Assembly (NCBI RefSeq): GCF_035277045.1
Contig: NZ_DATELE010000275.1
Span: 30,106 to 94,105 of the forward strand
DNA: 64,000 nucleotides
Direction: 5' to 3'
From: Pseudomonas sp.
GTDB taxonomy: Bacteria > Pseudomonadota > Gammaproteobacteria > Pseudomonadales > Pseudomonadaceae
Below are positions 1 through 9,604 of the stretch, in pieces; positions within the stretch are counted from its first letter, which is position 1; every line of letters begins with the position of its first letter. Both the position numbers and the translations under genes were made by a program. The notes below the pieces were generated by a model. It was not told the origin of the DNA. It did not search any database and was given only the letters and a program-made list of their open reading frames with translations.

Positions 1-758
1 GACACGTGCTGGGCTCGGCGCAGGTGCGCCTGGAATACCAGGGCGAGGTGTGGGTCGCCTCGGGCGACTACAAGGTCGAGGCCGACGGCACCTGCGCGCC
101 GTTCGAGCCGGTGCGCTGCGATACCTTCATCACCGAATCCACCTTCGGCCTGCCAATCTACCGCTGGCCGTCGCAGGCGTCGGTCTTCGCCGAGATCAAC
201 GACTGGTGGCGGGGCAACAGCGCCCAAGGCAAGGCCAGCGTGCTGTACTGCTATTCCTTCGGCAAGGCCCAGCGCATTCTCCATGGCCTGGACGAGAGCA
301 TCGGCCCGATCCTGGTGCATGGCGCGGTCGAGCCGCTCAACCGGGTCTACCGCGAGGGCGGGGTCTATTTGCCGCCAACCCTGTACGCCGGCGACATTCC
401 GCGCAACGATCCGATGCTGCGCAATGCCTTGGTCCTGGCGCCGCCGTCGGCCGGAGGCAGTAGCTGGGTGCGCCGCTTCGGCGACTACAGCGATGCGTTC
501 GCCAGCGGCTGGATGCGCCTGCGCGGCACTCGCCGCCGGCGCGGGGTCGACCGGGGTTTCGTGCTGTCGGACCACGCAGACTGGCCGGGCCTGCTGTGGG
601 CCATCGAGCAGACGGGCGCGGAACGGGTCATGGTCACCCATGGATCGGTCAATGTGCTGGTCCGCTACCTGAACGAGCTTGGCCTGGACGCCCGCGGCTT
701 CGTCACCGAATACGGCGACGAGGATGACGCCCCCGCTGCGACGCAGGCCGAGGCATGA
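1..758 (+). CDS. Ligase-associated DNA damage response exonuclease (metallo-beta-lactamase/beta-CASP-like), 5' end cut by the window edge
   Basis: The open frame runs from the window start. The C-terminal region has LSDHADW and VTHG motifs typical of this fold. The stop overlaps the ligase start (ATGA at 755-758). The position matches the known exonuclease-ligase-helicase-PdeM cluster. Confidence 0.8.
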   Translation, partial: HVLGSAQVRLEYQGEVWVASGDYKVEADGTCAPFEPVRCDTFITESTFGLPIYRWPSQASVFAEINDWWRGNSAQGKASVLYCYSFGKAQRILHGLDESIGPILVHGAVEPLNRVYREGGVYLPPTLYAGDIPRNDPMLRNALVLAPPSAGGSSWVRRFGDYSDAFASGWMRLRGTRRRRGVDRGFVLSDHADWPGLLWAIEQTGAERVMVTHGSVNVLVRYLNELGLDARGFVTEYGDEDDAPAATQAEA

Positions 759-2413
759 AGGCCTTTGCCGAGCTCTACGCAAACCTGGACGCGACCACGT
801 CGAGCAACGCCAAGCTCGCCGCGCTGCAGGCCTATTTCAGCCAGGCGCCAGCGGCCGATGCGGCGTGGGCGGTGTACTTTCTGGCCGGGGGCCGGCCCCG
901 GCAACTGGTGCCGACACGCATGCTGCGCGAGCTCGCCACGGCTATGGCCGGGCTGCCGGACTGGCTGTTCGAGGAAAGCTACCAGTCGGTGGGCGACCTT
1001 GCCGAGACCATTTCACTGCTGCTGCCCGAGGCGACTCACACCAGCGACGAAGGACTGGCGCAGTGGGTAGAGCAGCAGCTGCTGCCCTTGCGTGGCCAGC
1101 CGCCGGAAGTGATCCAGCAACGGCTGCCCGAACTCTGGTCACAGCTGGACCGCGCAAGCCTGATGCTGTGCCTGAAGCTCATCACCGGCAGTTTTCGTGT
1201 CGGGGTATCCAAGCTGCTGGTCACCCGCGCCCTGGCGCAACTGGCCGACCTGGACGCCAAGCGCGTCGCCCAGCGCCTGGTCGGCTACACCGACCTGAGC
1301 CACCGGCCCACCGCGGACAGCTATCTCAAGCTGGTCACGGCCGAATCACCCGATGAGCACGCCCAGCGAGGCGGGCAGCCCTATCCGTTCTTTCTCGCCC
1401 ACGCGCTGCAACAACCCACGGAGCAGTTCGATGCACTGCTCGGGCCCGTCAGCGACTGGCAGGCGGAGTGGAAGTGGGATGGCATCCGCGCCCAGGTGGT
1501 CAAGCGCGACGGCCAGCTGTGGGTATGGTCACGGGGCGAGGAGCTGGTGACCGACCGCTTTCCCGAGCTGCACGCCCTGACCGAAACCTTTCCGGACGGC
1601 GTCGTGCTGGACGGCGAGATCGTGGTCTGGAAACCCGGGGCAGACCCTGCCGCCGTCGCCGTGCAGCCCTTTGCCCTGTTGCAACAGCGCATCGGCCGCA
1701 AGAACCTGGGCAAGAAGCTGCTGGCCGATGCGCCAGTGGTATTGCTCGCCTACGACCTGCTCGAATGGCAGGGCCATGATCTGCGCAGCACGCCCCAGCA
1801 TGAACGCCGTCGACAGCTGGAGCAGGTGCTCGCGCAGTACCCGCTGGCGCCGCTGCAGCTGTCGCCGGTGCTGCAGGCAAGCGACTGGGACGATCTTGCG
1901 CGCCAGCGCGAGGCCTCCCGCAGCCTGGGCGTCGAAGGCCTGATGCTGAAAGCGCGCGACGCCCTTTATGGAGTCGGACGCACCAAGGACATGGGCCTGT
2001 GGTGGAAGTGGAAGATCGACCCCTTCAGCGTCGATGCCGTGCTGATCTACGCGCAGCGCGGACACGGCCGCCGGGCGAGCTTGTACAGCGACTACACCTT
2101 CGCCGTCTGGGACACCCCGCCCGGCAGCCGCGACCGCACCCTGGTGCCCTTCGCCAAGGCCTACTCCGGGCTTACCGACGCCGAGATGCGCAAGGTCGAT
2201 GCGATCATCCGCAAGACCACGGTCGAAACCTTCGGCCCGGTGCGCAGCGTCACCCCGACCCTGGTGTTCGAACTAGGCTTTGAAGGCATTGCCCTGTCCA
2301 AGCGCCACAAGAGCGGCATTGCCGTGCGCTTCCCGCGGATGCTGCGCTGGCGCCTGGACAAGCCGGTGGACGAAGCTGACGACCTGGCCACCCTGCAGGC
2401 CCTGCTCGGCTGA
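755..2413 (+). CDS. ATP-dependent DNA ligase (ligase-associated damage response type)
   Basis: 552-aa ORF with the nucleotidyltransferase motif I, EWKWDGIR (KxDG adenylation lysine). It is translationally coupled to the upstream exonuclease. Confidence 0.9.
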   Translation: MKAFAELYANLDATTSSNAKLAALQAYFSQAPAADAAWAVYFLAGGRPRQLVPTRMLRELATAMAGLPDWLFEESYQSVGDLAETISLLLPEATHTSDEGLAQWVEQQLLPLRGQPPEVIQQRLPELWSQLDRASLMLCLKLITGSFRVGVSKLLVTRALAQLADLDAKRVAQRLVGYTDLSHRPTADSYLKLVTAESPDEHAQRGGQPYPFFLAHALQQPTEQFDALLGPVSDWQAEWKWDGIRAQVVKRDGQLWVWSRGEELVTDRFPELHALTETFPDGVVLDGEIVVWKPGADPAAVAVQPFALLQQRIGRKNLGKKLLADAPVVLLAYDLLEWQGHDLRSTPQHERRRQLEQVLAQYPLAPLQLSPVLQASDWDDLARQREASRSLGVEGLMLKARDALYGVGRTKDMGLWWKWKIDPFSVDAVLIYAQRGHGRRASLYSDYTFAVWDTPPGSRDRTLVPFAKAYSGLTDAEMRKVDAIIRKTTVETFGPVRSVTPTLVFELGFEGIALSKRHKSGIAVRFPRMLRWRLDKPVDEADDLATLQALLG

Positions 2414-2511
2414 TTCCTGCGCGTTTGAGGCTGCGCGATCGTCAAGGTTATGCTTGTATTGTTTCCTTGCCCGTTGCCGCAGAGCGGCCTGCATCGCCGC
2501 CCAGGATTGCC

Positions 2512-3627
2512 ATGCACCCCTTGACCCACGCACTGCTCACGCCCGTCCCTGGCATCGCCCGCCAGATCCACAGCTTTCATTTCGGCCCCCAGGGTGGCCG
2601 CAAGGTCTACATCCAGGCCTCGCTGCATGCCGACGAACTGCCCGGCATGCTGGTGGCCTGGCACCTCAAGCAGCGCCTGGCCGAGCTCGAGCGCCAGGGC
2701 CGCCTGCAAGGCGAAGTGATCCTGGTGCCGATCGCCAACCCGGTGGGCCTTGAACAGGTACTGCTGGATGCCCCGCTGGGGCGTTTCGAGCTGCAGAGCG
2801 GCGAAAACTTCAACCGCCACTTCGTCGACCTGAGCGACAGCATCGGCGATCAGATCGAGGCGCGGCTCAACCAGGAGCCGGCCCACAACGTCGCGCTGAT
2901 CCGCGAGAGCCTGCGCAATGCGCTCGAGGCCCATGCCGCGCACACGCCACTGCAATCGCTGCGCCTGACCCTGCAACGCCTGGCCTGCGATGCCGACCTG
3001 ATCCTCGACCTGCATTGCGACTACGAGGCTGTCGAGCACCTCTACACCACACCTGAGGCCTGGCCCCGGGTCGAGCCGCTGGCGCGCTACCTGGGCGCCC
3101 AGGCCAGTCTGCTGGCCACCGACTCCGGCGGGCAGTCCTTCGACGAGTGCTTCACCCTGGTGTGGTGGCAGCTGCAGCAGCGCTTCGCCAAGCGGTTCCC
3201 GATTCCCTTGGGCAGTTTCTCGGTCACTGTCGAGCTGCGCGGCCAGGGCGATGTGAGTCATGAGCTGGCGAGCGGCGACTGCCAGGCGATCCTCGATTAC
3301 CTGACCCACCAGGGGGTGATCGAAGGGGAAGTCCCGCCCCTGCCCGAATTGCCCCACCCCGCCACTCCGCTGGCGGCGGTGGAGCCGGTGGCGGCGCCGC
3401 TTGGCGGCCTGCTGGTGTTTCATGCCCAGCCTGGGCAATACCTGAAGGCGGGCGAGCTGATCGCCGAGATCATCGACCCGCTGAGCGACCAGGTCACCCC
3501 GCTGCGCAACAGCCAGGCCGGCCTGATGTACGCGCGCACGGCGCGGCGCATGGCCACGGCGGGCATGGTCGTCGCCCATGTCGCGGGCGAGCAGGTCTGT
3601 CGCAGCGGCTACCTGCTGGCGCCCTGA
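2512..3627 (+). CDS. Succinylglutamate desuccinylase/aspartoacylase (AstE/AspA, M14-like) family protein
   Basis: SLHADELPG zinc-ligand motif and overall family-like sequence. The ATG at 2512 is preceded by AGGA with 5-nt spacing. The track's longer 2425 start lies in low-coding-quality sequence. Confidence 0.75.
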   Translation: MHPLTHALLTPVPGIARQIHSFHFGPQGGRKVYIQASLHADELPGMLVAWHLKQRLAELERQGRLQGEVILVPIANPVGLEQVLLDAPLGRFELQSGENFNRHFVDLSDSIGDQIEARLNQEPAHNVALIRESLRNALEAHAAHTPLQSLRLTLQRLACDADLILDLHCDYEAVEHLYTTPEAWPRVEPLARYLGAQASLLATDSGGQSFDECFTLVWWQLQQRFAKRFPIPLGSFSVTVELRGQGDVSHELASGDCQAILDYLTHQGVIEGEVPPLPELPHPATPLAAVEPVAAPLGGLLVFHAQPGQYLKAGELIAEIIDPLSDQVTPLRNSQAGLMYARTARRMATAGMVVAHVAGEQVCRSGYLLAP

Positions 3628-3706
3628 GCCCGCGCCAGCGCGGTAAAACTAAAGCGCACAGCCAGCGGTCTGTGAAGACACATACCTCACGCTCGTGGCC
3701 GATTGC

Positions 3707-6178
3707 ATGCCTTCACCCGCTGACCTCGCAGGTTCCTGGTTCGCCACGCGTGGCTGGACGCCGTTTGCTTTCCAGCGCCGGGTATGGGCCGCCGTGGGCC
3801 GGGGCGAGTCGGGACTGCTGCACGCCAGTACCGGCTCGGGCAAGACCTACGCGGTGTGGCTGGCCGCCCTCCGCGCCCTCGCCCGGCCGGCATCGCCTGC
3901 CACCGGCAAGCGACCGCCGCCGCCTGCGCCGCTGCAGGTGCTGTGGATCACGCCGATGCGCGCGCTTGCCGCCGACACCGCCCGGGCGTTGCAGGCGCCG
4001 CTGGACGACCTGCAACTGCCCTGGAGCGTCGGCGTGCGCAGCGGCGACACCGGCAGCGCCGAGCGCGCCCGTCAGGCACGGCGCCTGCCCAGCGCGCTGA
4101 TCACCACCCCCGAAAGCCTGACCCTGCTGCTGACCCGCGAACAGGCCGTCAGCGACTTCTCAAGCCTGCGCATGGTGGTGGTGGACGAATGGCACGAACT
4201 GCTCGGCAACAAGCGTGGCGTGCAGCTGCAGCTGGCCCTGGCACGCTTGCGCCGCTGGCACCCAGGCCTGGTGGTCTGGGGCCTCTCGGCTACCCTGGGC
4301 AACCTGCCCCACGCCCTCGAGGTGCTGTTGCCCGCGGGCGGCGAACTGGTCGAAGGGCGCCAAGACAAGCGCATCGTGGTCGACACGTTGCTGCCGGCCG
4401 AGATCGAGCGCTTTCCCTGGGCGGGCCACATGGGCCTGAAGATGCTCGACCAGGTCCGCGACCAGATCGACGCCAGCCAGAGCTGCCTGGTGTTCACCAA
4501 CACCCGTGCCCAGGCCGAACTGTGGTATCAGGCGCTGCTTGATTCCCGTCCCGACTGGGCCGGGCTGATTGCCCTGCACCACGCCTCGCTGGCGCGCCAT
4601 ACCCGCGACTGGGTCGAGCGCAGCCTGAAGGAAGGCGCCTTGAAGGCGGTGATCTGCACCTCCAGCCTCGACCTTGGCGTCGACTTCCTGCCCGTGGAGC
4701 GCGTACTGCAGATCGGTTCGGCCAAGGGCATCGCGCGGCTGATGCAGCGCGCCGGCCGCTCGGGCCACGCCCCTGGCCGCCCCTCGCGCATCACCCTGGT
4801 GCCCACCCACAGCCTGGAACTGGTCGAGGCAGCGGCAGCCCGCCACGCCCTGGCCGCCGGCCATATCGAGGCGCGCCGCTCGCCCCAGCTCAGCATGGAC
4901 GTGCTGGTGCAGCACCTGGTCAGCATGGCGCTGGGCGCAGGCTTTCGCCCGCAAGAGCTGCTCACGGAGGTGCGCGCCACCTGGGCGTTTCGTGATTTGC
5001 GCGACAGCCAGTGGCAATGGGCGCTGGATTTTGTCTGCCATGGCGGCAGCTCGCTGACCGCCTATCCCGACTACCAGCGCGTCGAAGCGCACCCCGACGG
5101 CATCTGGCGAGTGGCCAGCGAGCGCCTGGCGCGCCGGCATCGCATGGGCATCGGCACCATCGTCAGCGATGCCAGCATCCAGCTCAAGTACTGGAGCAAG
5201 GGCGGCGGTGGCAAAAGCCTGGGAAGCGTCGAGGAGGCGTTCATCTCACGGCTGCGCCCAGGGGATACCCTGGTCTTCGCCGGCCGTATCCTGGAGCTGG
5301 TGCGGGTCGAGAACATGACCGCGTACGTGCGCCGCAGCACCGCCCGCAAGGCCGCGGTGGCGCGCTGGAATGGCGGGCGCATGCCGCTATCGAGCGAGCT
5401 GGCCGACGCCCTGGTCGAGCAGCTGGACGCTGCCGCCCACGGCCGCTTCGAGGGCCCGGAGCTGCGGGCCGTGCGTCCTCTGCTGAGCCTGCAGGCCAGC
5501 TGGTCGGCGCTGCCTACCCAGGCCAGCCTGCTGGCTGAAACCCTGAGCACGCGCCAAGGCTCGCACCTGTTCCTCTACCCTTTCGCCGGACGCATGGCCA
5601 ACCTCGGCCTGGCCAACCTGATTGCCTGGCGCGTCAGTCGCCATCAACCGCTAAGCGTATCGATCGCGGTCAACGACTACGGCTTCGAATTGCTCAGCCC
5701 CAGCGAGGTTGACTGGGCCAACCACCTCCCGGCGGCCCTCGCGCCAGACAATCTGCTCGAGGACGTGCTGGCCAGCCTGAACGCCGGCGAGATGGCGCTG
5801 CGCCGCTTTCGTGAGATCGCGCAGATCTCCGGGCTGGTGTTTGGTGGCTACCCGGCGGCGCAAAAGAGCATGCGCCAGATCCAGGCGTCGAGCGGGCTGT
5901 TCTACGAAGTGTTCCGCAAGCACGACGCGGGCAACCTGTTACTAGGCCAGGCGCGCGACGAGGTGCTGCGCGAGGAGCTCGAGATCGAGCGCCTGCAGGC
6001 TCAGCTCATCAAGCTGGGCGAGTTGCGGCTTGACCTGCGCGCCCTGCGCAGGCCCGGCCCGCTGGCGTTCGCCCTGCTGGTGGAAGGCATGCGTGAAACC
6101 CTGACCACCGAAAAACTGGCCGACCGCATCGCGCGCATGGTGGCCGACCTGGAAAAAGCCGCGACGAGAGGCCTCTGA
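3707..6178 (+). CDS. Lhr-Core type DEXH-box helicase (ligase-associated DNA damage response helicase)
   Basis: Walker [13 protein letters not shown] box, helicase C-terminal motifs (QRAGRSGH) and about 820 aa. Alternative GTG start at 3695. Confidence 0.9.
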   Translation: MPSPADLAGSWFATRGWTPFAFQRRVWAAVGRGESGLLHASTGSGKTYAVWLAALRALARPASPATGKRPPPPAPLQVLWITPMRALAADTARALQAPLDDLQLPWSVGVRSGDTGSAERARQARRLPSALITTPESLTLLLTREQAVSDFSSLRMVVVDEWHELLGNKRGVQLQLALARLRRWHPGLVVWGLSATLGNLPHALEVLLPAGGELVEGRQDKRIVVDTLLPAEIERFPWAGHMGLKMLDQVRDQIDASQSCLVFTNTRAQAELWYQALLDSRPDWAGLIALHHASLARHTRDWVERSLKEGALKAVICTSSLDLGVDFLPVERVLQIGSAKGIARLMQRAGRSGHAPGRPSRITLVPTHSLELVEAAAARHALAAGHIEARRSPQLSMDVLVQHLVSMALGAGFRPQELLTEVRATWAFRDLRDSQWQWALDFVCHGGSSLTAYPDYQRVEAHPDGIWRVASERLARRHRMGIGTIVSDASIQLKYWSKGGGGKSLGSVEEAFISRLRPGDTLVFAGRILELVRVENMTAYVRRSTARKAAVARWNGGRMPLSSELADALVEQLDAAAHGRFEGPELRAVRPLLSLQASWSALPTQASLLAETLSTRQGSHLFLYPFAGRMANLGLANLIAWRVSRHQPLSVSIAVNDYGFELLSPSEVDWANHLPAALAPDNLLEDVLASLNAGEMALRRFREIAQISGLVFGGYPAAQKSMRQIQASSGLFYEVFRKHDAGNLLLGQARDEVLREELEIERLQAQLIKLGELRLDLRALRRPGPLAFALLVEGMRETLTTEKLADRIARMVADLEKAATRGL

Positions 6179-6838
6179 ATGGAAGACTACCTGGCCGTGG
6201 AACATTGCGGCGAAACCCTCTGGCTGCTGGGCGACCATGGCATCTACTGGCCCTCGCGCAAGGCGTTGCTGCTGGCTGATGTGCATATCGGCAAGGCAGC
6301 CAGCTACCGTGCCTTGCACCAGCCAGTGCCACGCGGCACCACCGAAGCGACGTTGACGCGGCTGGACGCGCTGCTGGCGGCGTACCCCAGCGAGCAGCTG
6401 ATCGTGCTGGGGGATTTTCTTCACGCCCGCACTGCCCGAGCGCCAGCGACCCTGGCACGCCTGCAGGCCTGGCGCGAACGCCACGCAGGGGTGAACATCG
6501 TGCTGATTCGCGGCAACCATGACCGCCACGCAGGCGATCCGCCTGCGAGCCTGGGTATCGAGGTGGTGGAGGAGCCATGGATGATGGGCCCGTTTGCCCT
6601 GCGGCACGAGCCCGAGCCTCACCCGACGCACCCGGTGCTGGCCGGGCACGTTCACCCGGTCCACATACTGCGGGGACGAGGACGCCAGCGCTTGCGGTTG
6701 CCCTGTTACGTACTGGACAAGCAGGTCAGCCTGCTACCGGCCTTTGGCGAATTCACTGGCGGCTGGAACGTCGACCCCGCGCCTGGAACCCGCCTGTACC
6801 TGGCGGGCGCCGGCAAGGTCTGGCGCCTGCGCGGGTGA
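6179..6838 (+). CDS. pdeM: Ligase-associated DNA damage response metallophosphoesterase PdeM
   Basis: Calcineurin-like phosphoesterase motifs DVHIGK, GDFLH and GNHDRH. The ATG directly abuts the helicase stop (TGAATG). Confidence 0.85.
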   Translation: MEDYLAVEHCGETLWLLGDHGIYWPSRKALLLADVHIGKAASYRALHQPVPRGTTEATLTRLDALLAAYPSEQLIVLGDFLHARTARAPATLARLQAWRERHAGVNIVLIRGNHDRHAGDPPASLGIEVVEEPWMMGPFALRHEPEPHPTHPVLAGHVHPVHILRGRGRQRLRLPCYVLDKQVSLLPAFGEFTGGWNVDPAPGTRLYLAGAGKVWRLRG

Positions 6839-7069
6839 TCAGGCCACCGGTGCTGGTGGCGGCTCATCTGGCAGGGTTGGTTCGCCAGGCTCCATCGGCG
6901 GGGTATCGCCGGGTTGCGCGGGCTGCGGGGTATCCGGATCCGGCTGACCGGGCACACCCCCTGCGTGCAGCGACACCTGCGGGTGCGCCAGAAGCGTCCA
7001 CGCCAGCATCCCGATGTGGTTGGGCTGCAGCACGGCGAGCTTGGCGCTGATGACGGGATCGAGTTTCAT
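6839..7069 (-). CDS. Hypothetical small protein with a Pro-rich C-terminus (76 aa)
   Basis: The ATG is preceded by AGGAG with 6-nt spacing. Third positions are G/C-rich. I recognise no family. Confidence 0.4.
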   Translation of the reverse strand: MKLDPVISAKLAVLQPNHIGMLAWTLLAHPQVSLHAGGVPGQPDPDTPQPAQPGDTPPMEPGEPTLPDEPPPAPVA

Positions 7070-7165
7070 AGGCGGCTCCTGGGCGTTGAATGGCCCGCGT
7101 CATGCGGACCGTCATACACCCTGTTGGAGTGCCAATGGCACAACTAATTCCCGCGCTTCGTCGAC

Positions 7166-7732
7166 TCAGGTGCGCGGCAGGGTAACGCCACGCTGTCCCT
7201 GGTACTTGCCGCCACGGTCCTTGTAGGACACTTCGCACTCTTCATCGGACTCGAGGAACAGCATCTGGGCCACGCCTTCATTGGCGTAGATCTTCGCCGG
7301 CAGCGTGGTGGTATTGGAGAATTCCAGGGTCACGTGGCCTTCCCACTCAGGCTCCAGCGGCGTGACATTGACGATGATCCCGCAGCGGGCATAGGTGCTC
7401 TTGCCCAGGCAGATGGTCAGCACATTGCGCGGAATACGGAAGTACTCGACGGTGCGGGCCAGGGCGAAGGAGTTTGGCGGAATGATGCACACGTCGCTCT
7501 TGACGTCGACAAAGCTGCCGGCATCGAAGTTCTTCGGGTCGACGGTGGCCGAGTTGATGTTGGTGAACACCTTGAACTCGTCGGCGCAGCGCACATCGTA
7601 GCCGTAGCTGGACACGCCGAAGGAAATCACCCGGCTGTCGCTGTCGCCACGCACCTGGCGCTCGACGAACGGTTCGATCATGCCGTGTTCCTGCGCCATG
7701 CGGCGAATCCACTTGTCCGATTTGATGCTCAT
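7166..7732 (-). CDS. dcd: dCTP deaminase
   Basis: 188 aa. The N-terminus [13 protein letters not shown] and the whole sequence are typical Dcd. Confidence 0.95.
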   Translation of the reverse strand: MSIKSDKWIRRMAQEHGMIEPFVERQVRGDSDSRVISFGVSSYGYDVRCADEFKVFTNINSATVDPKNFDAGSFVDVKSDVCIIPPNSFALARTVEYFRIPRNVLTICLGKSTYARCGIIVNVTPLEPEWEGHVTLEFSNTTTLPAKIYANEGVAQMLFLESDEECEVSYKDRGGKYQGQRGVTLPRT

Positions 7733-7897
7733 GGCGGGTGTCCTGAATAGCGGGATGAAAAAGAGGGTGCATCTTACCGGGCTCGGCCGCGCCTATAAAG
7801 TTCCATCGCCTGGCCTGACCCTCAAATCCACGGCTGGCGCGGCCTGCCGCCCAGCGTGCTGCCGTCAGTCCGATTTCGCGTAAAGCGCTACCTGGCC

Positions 7898-7926
7898 ATT
7901 GGCAGGTTCCGGAAAGTGGGTTATGG
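7898..7926 (+). promoter_or_regulatory. Candidate sigma70 promoter (TTGGCA-17 nt-TATGGT) for the cold-shock gene, implying a 5' UTR of about 140 nt
   Basis: Hexamers read directly from the sequence with 17-nt spacing. Long leaders are typical of cspA-type genes. Confidence 0.35.
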
Positions 7927-8072
7927 TGTCGCCACTGTGCTGCACCGTCACCGAGAATGTCTGTCTGATGCAAGATTACGATCGCCCATCTTCGAATTTT
8001 CCTGCTCTTTGCACTCAGTCTCGGCCAGGGCGTTTCCTGCGCCGTAGTTAACTCAGTCCAAGGAGACTCAAC

Positions 8073-8282
8073 ATGTCCAATCGTCAAAGCGGCACCGTCA
8101 AGTGGTTCAACGATGAAAAAGGCTACGGCTTCATCACCCCACAATCCGGTGACGACCTGTTCGTACACTTCAAAGCCATCCAGGCTGACGGCTTCAAGAC
8201 CCTGAAAGAAGGCCAGGCTGTTACTTTCGTCGCTACCCGCGGCCAGAAAGGCATGCAGGCTGAAGAAGTACAGCTGGGCTGA
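8073..8282 (+). CDS. Cold-shock protein, CspA family
   Basis: 69 aa with RNP motifs KGYGFI and VHF. GGAGA RBS upstream. Confidence 0.95.
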   Translation: MSNRQSGTVKWFNDEKGYGFITPQSGDDLFVHFKAIQADGFKTLKEGQAVTFVATRGQKGMQAEEVQLG

Positions 8283-8297
8283 TTTAGCCGCTAGCTG

Positions 8298-8326
8298 AAA
8301 AAACCCGCCAATTGGCGGGTTTTTTT
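8298..8326. terminator. Bidirectional rho-independent terminator (A-run, CCCGCC/GGCGGG stem, T-run)
   Basis: The hairpin has flanking A6 and T7 runs and lies between the convergent csp and apbC genes. Confidence 0.7.
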
Positions 8327-8351
8327 ATGCCTGCCCCAAAGGGCGGGCCCC

Positions 8352-9446
8352 TCAGTCTTCGCTGATGGTAATGCTCGGCATCGCCGGTGCCGCGGCTTCC
8401 TGCAGGACGATACGCGCCCCGACCTGGCGCGCCAGCTCCTGGTAGACCATGGCGATCTGGCTCTCGGGCTCGGCGATCGTGGTGGGCTTGCCGCTGTCGG
8501 CCTGCTCGCGGATCAGCATCGACAACGGCAACGACGCCAGCAGCTCGACACCGTACTGCGTGGCCAGCTTCTCGCCGCCGCCTTCACCGAACAGGTGCTC
8601 GGCATGGCCACAGCTGGAGCAGATGTGCACGGCCATGTTCTCGACCACGCCGAGCACCGGAATGTTGACCTTGCGGAACATCTCCACACCCTTTTTGGCA
8701 TCCAGCAGGGCCAGGTCCTGCGGCGTGGTGACAATCACCGAGCCTGCCACTGGCACCTTCTGCGCGAGGGTCAGCTGGATATCGCCCGTGCCTGGCGGCA
8801 TGTCGATGACCAGATAGTCGAGGTCATCCCAGGCGGTCTGGGTCACCAACTGCAGCAACGCCCCCGAGACCATCGGGCCACGCCACACCATCGGCGTGTT
8901 GTCGTCGGTCAGAAATGCCATCGACATGACTTCGACGCCGTGAGCCTTGATCGGCACGAACCACTTCTGCTCGCGGATCTGTGGCCGGGTACCCTCGGGG
9001 ATCCCGAACATCACCCCTTGGCTAGGGCCATAGATGTCGGCATCGAGAATGCCCACCCGGGCGCCCTCGCGGGCCAGCGCCAAGGCAAGGTTGGCCGCGG
9101 TGGTCGACTTGCCCACGCCACCCTTGCCCGAGGCCACGGCGATGATGTTCTTGACGTTGGCCAGGCCCGGCACCTGGGCCTGGGCCTTGTGCGCGGCGAT
9201 CACCGTGGTGATCTCGACACGGGCGCCGGCCACGCCGTCGATGCCTTCGATGGCCGTTTGCAGTACCTGGGCCCAGCCGTTGCTGAACAGTCCTGCGGCA
9301 TAGCCCAGTTGCAGGCGCACATTGACCTGCCCGCCCTGGATATCGATGGCCTGGACACAACCGGCGCTGACCGGGTCCAGGTTCAGGTAAGGGTCGTTGT
9401 ACAGGCGAAGCACGGCTTCGACGGCGGCACGCGTGACGGCACTCAT
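8352..9446 (-). CDS. apbC: Iron-sulfur cluster carrier ATPase ApbC/Mrp
   Basis: Deviant Walker A GKGGVGKST and CxxC (CSSCGH). 364 aa. Confidence 0.9.
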   Translation of the reverse strand: MSAVTRAAVEAVLRLYNDPYLNLDPVSAGCVQAIDIQGGQVNVRLQLGYAAGLFSNGWAQVLQTAIEGIDGVAGARVEITTVIAAHKAQAQVPGLANVKNIIAVASGKGGVGKSTTAANLALALAREGARVGILDADIYGPSQGVMFGIPEGTRPQIREQKWFVPIKAHGVEVMSMAFLTDDNTPMVWRGPMVSGALLQLVTQTAWDDLDYLVIDMPPGTGDIQLTLAQKVPVAGSVIVTTPQDLALLDAKKGVEMFRKVNIPVLGVVENMAVHICSSCGHAEHLFGEGGGEKLATQYGVELLASLPLSMLIREQADSGKPTTIAEPESQIAMVYQELARQVGARIVLQEAAAPAMPSITISED

Positions 9447-9604
9447 GGAGGCTCCCGTTGTGAAGGCTGAGTGGAAAAACAGACGTCTATGCTAACCCGT
9501 CAGCCGTCAGCAGATGCGTGCATGGGGTGAAATAAATCGCCTGGGCCTTTATAGTGGCCGATCACCCTTTCATTACCCAAGTAGCCGAAGATAGCCGAGC
9601 CAAC

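Noticed and set aside
2161-3579. A 472-aa minus-strand ORF opposite the ligase 3' end and the AstE-like gene.
   Set aside because: It is an antisense shadow with low-complexity translation.
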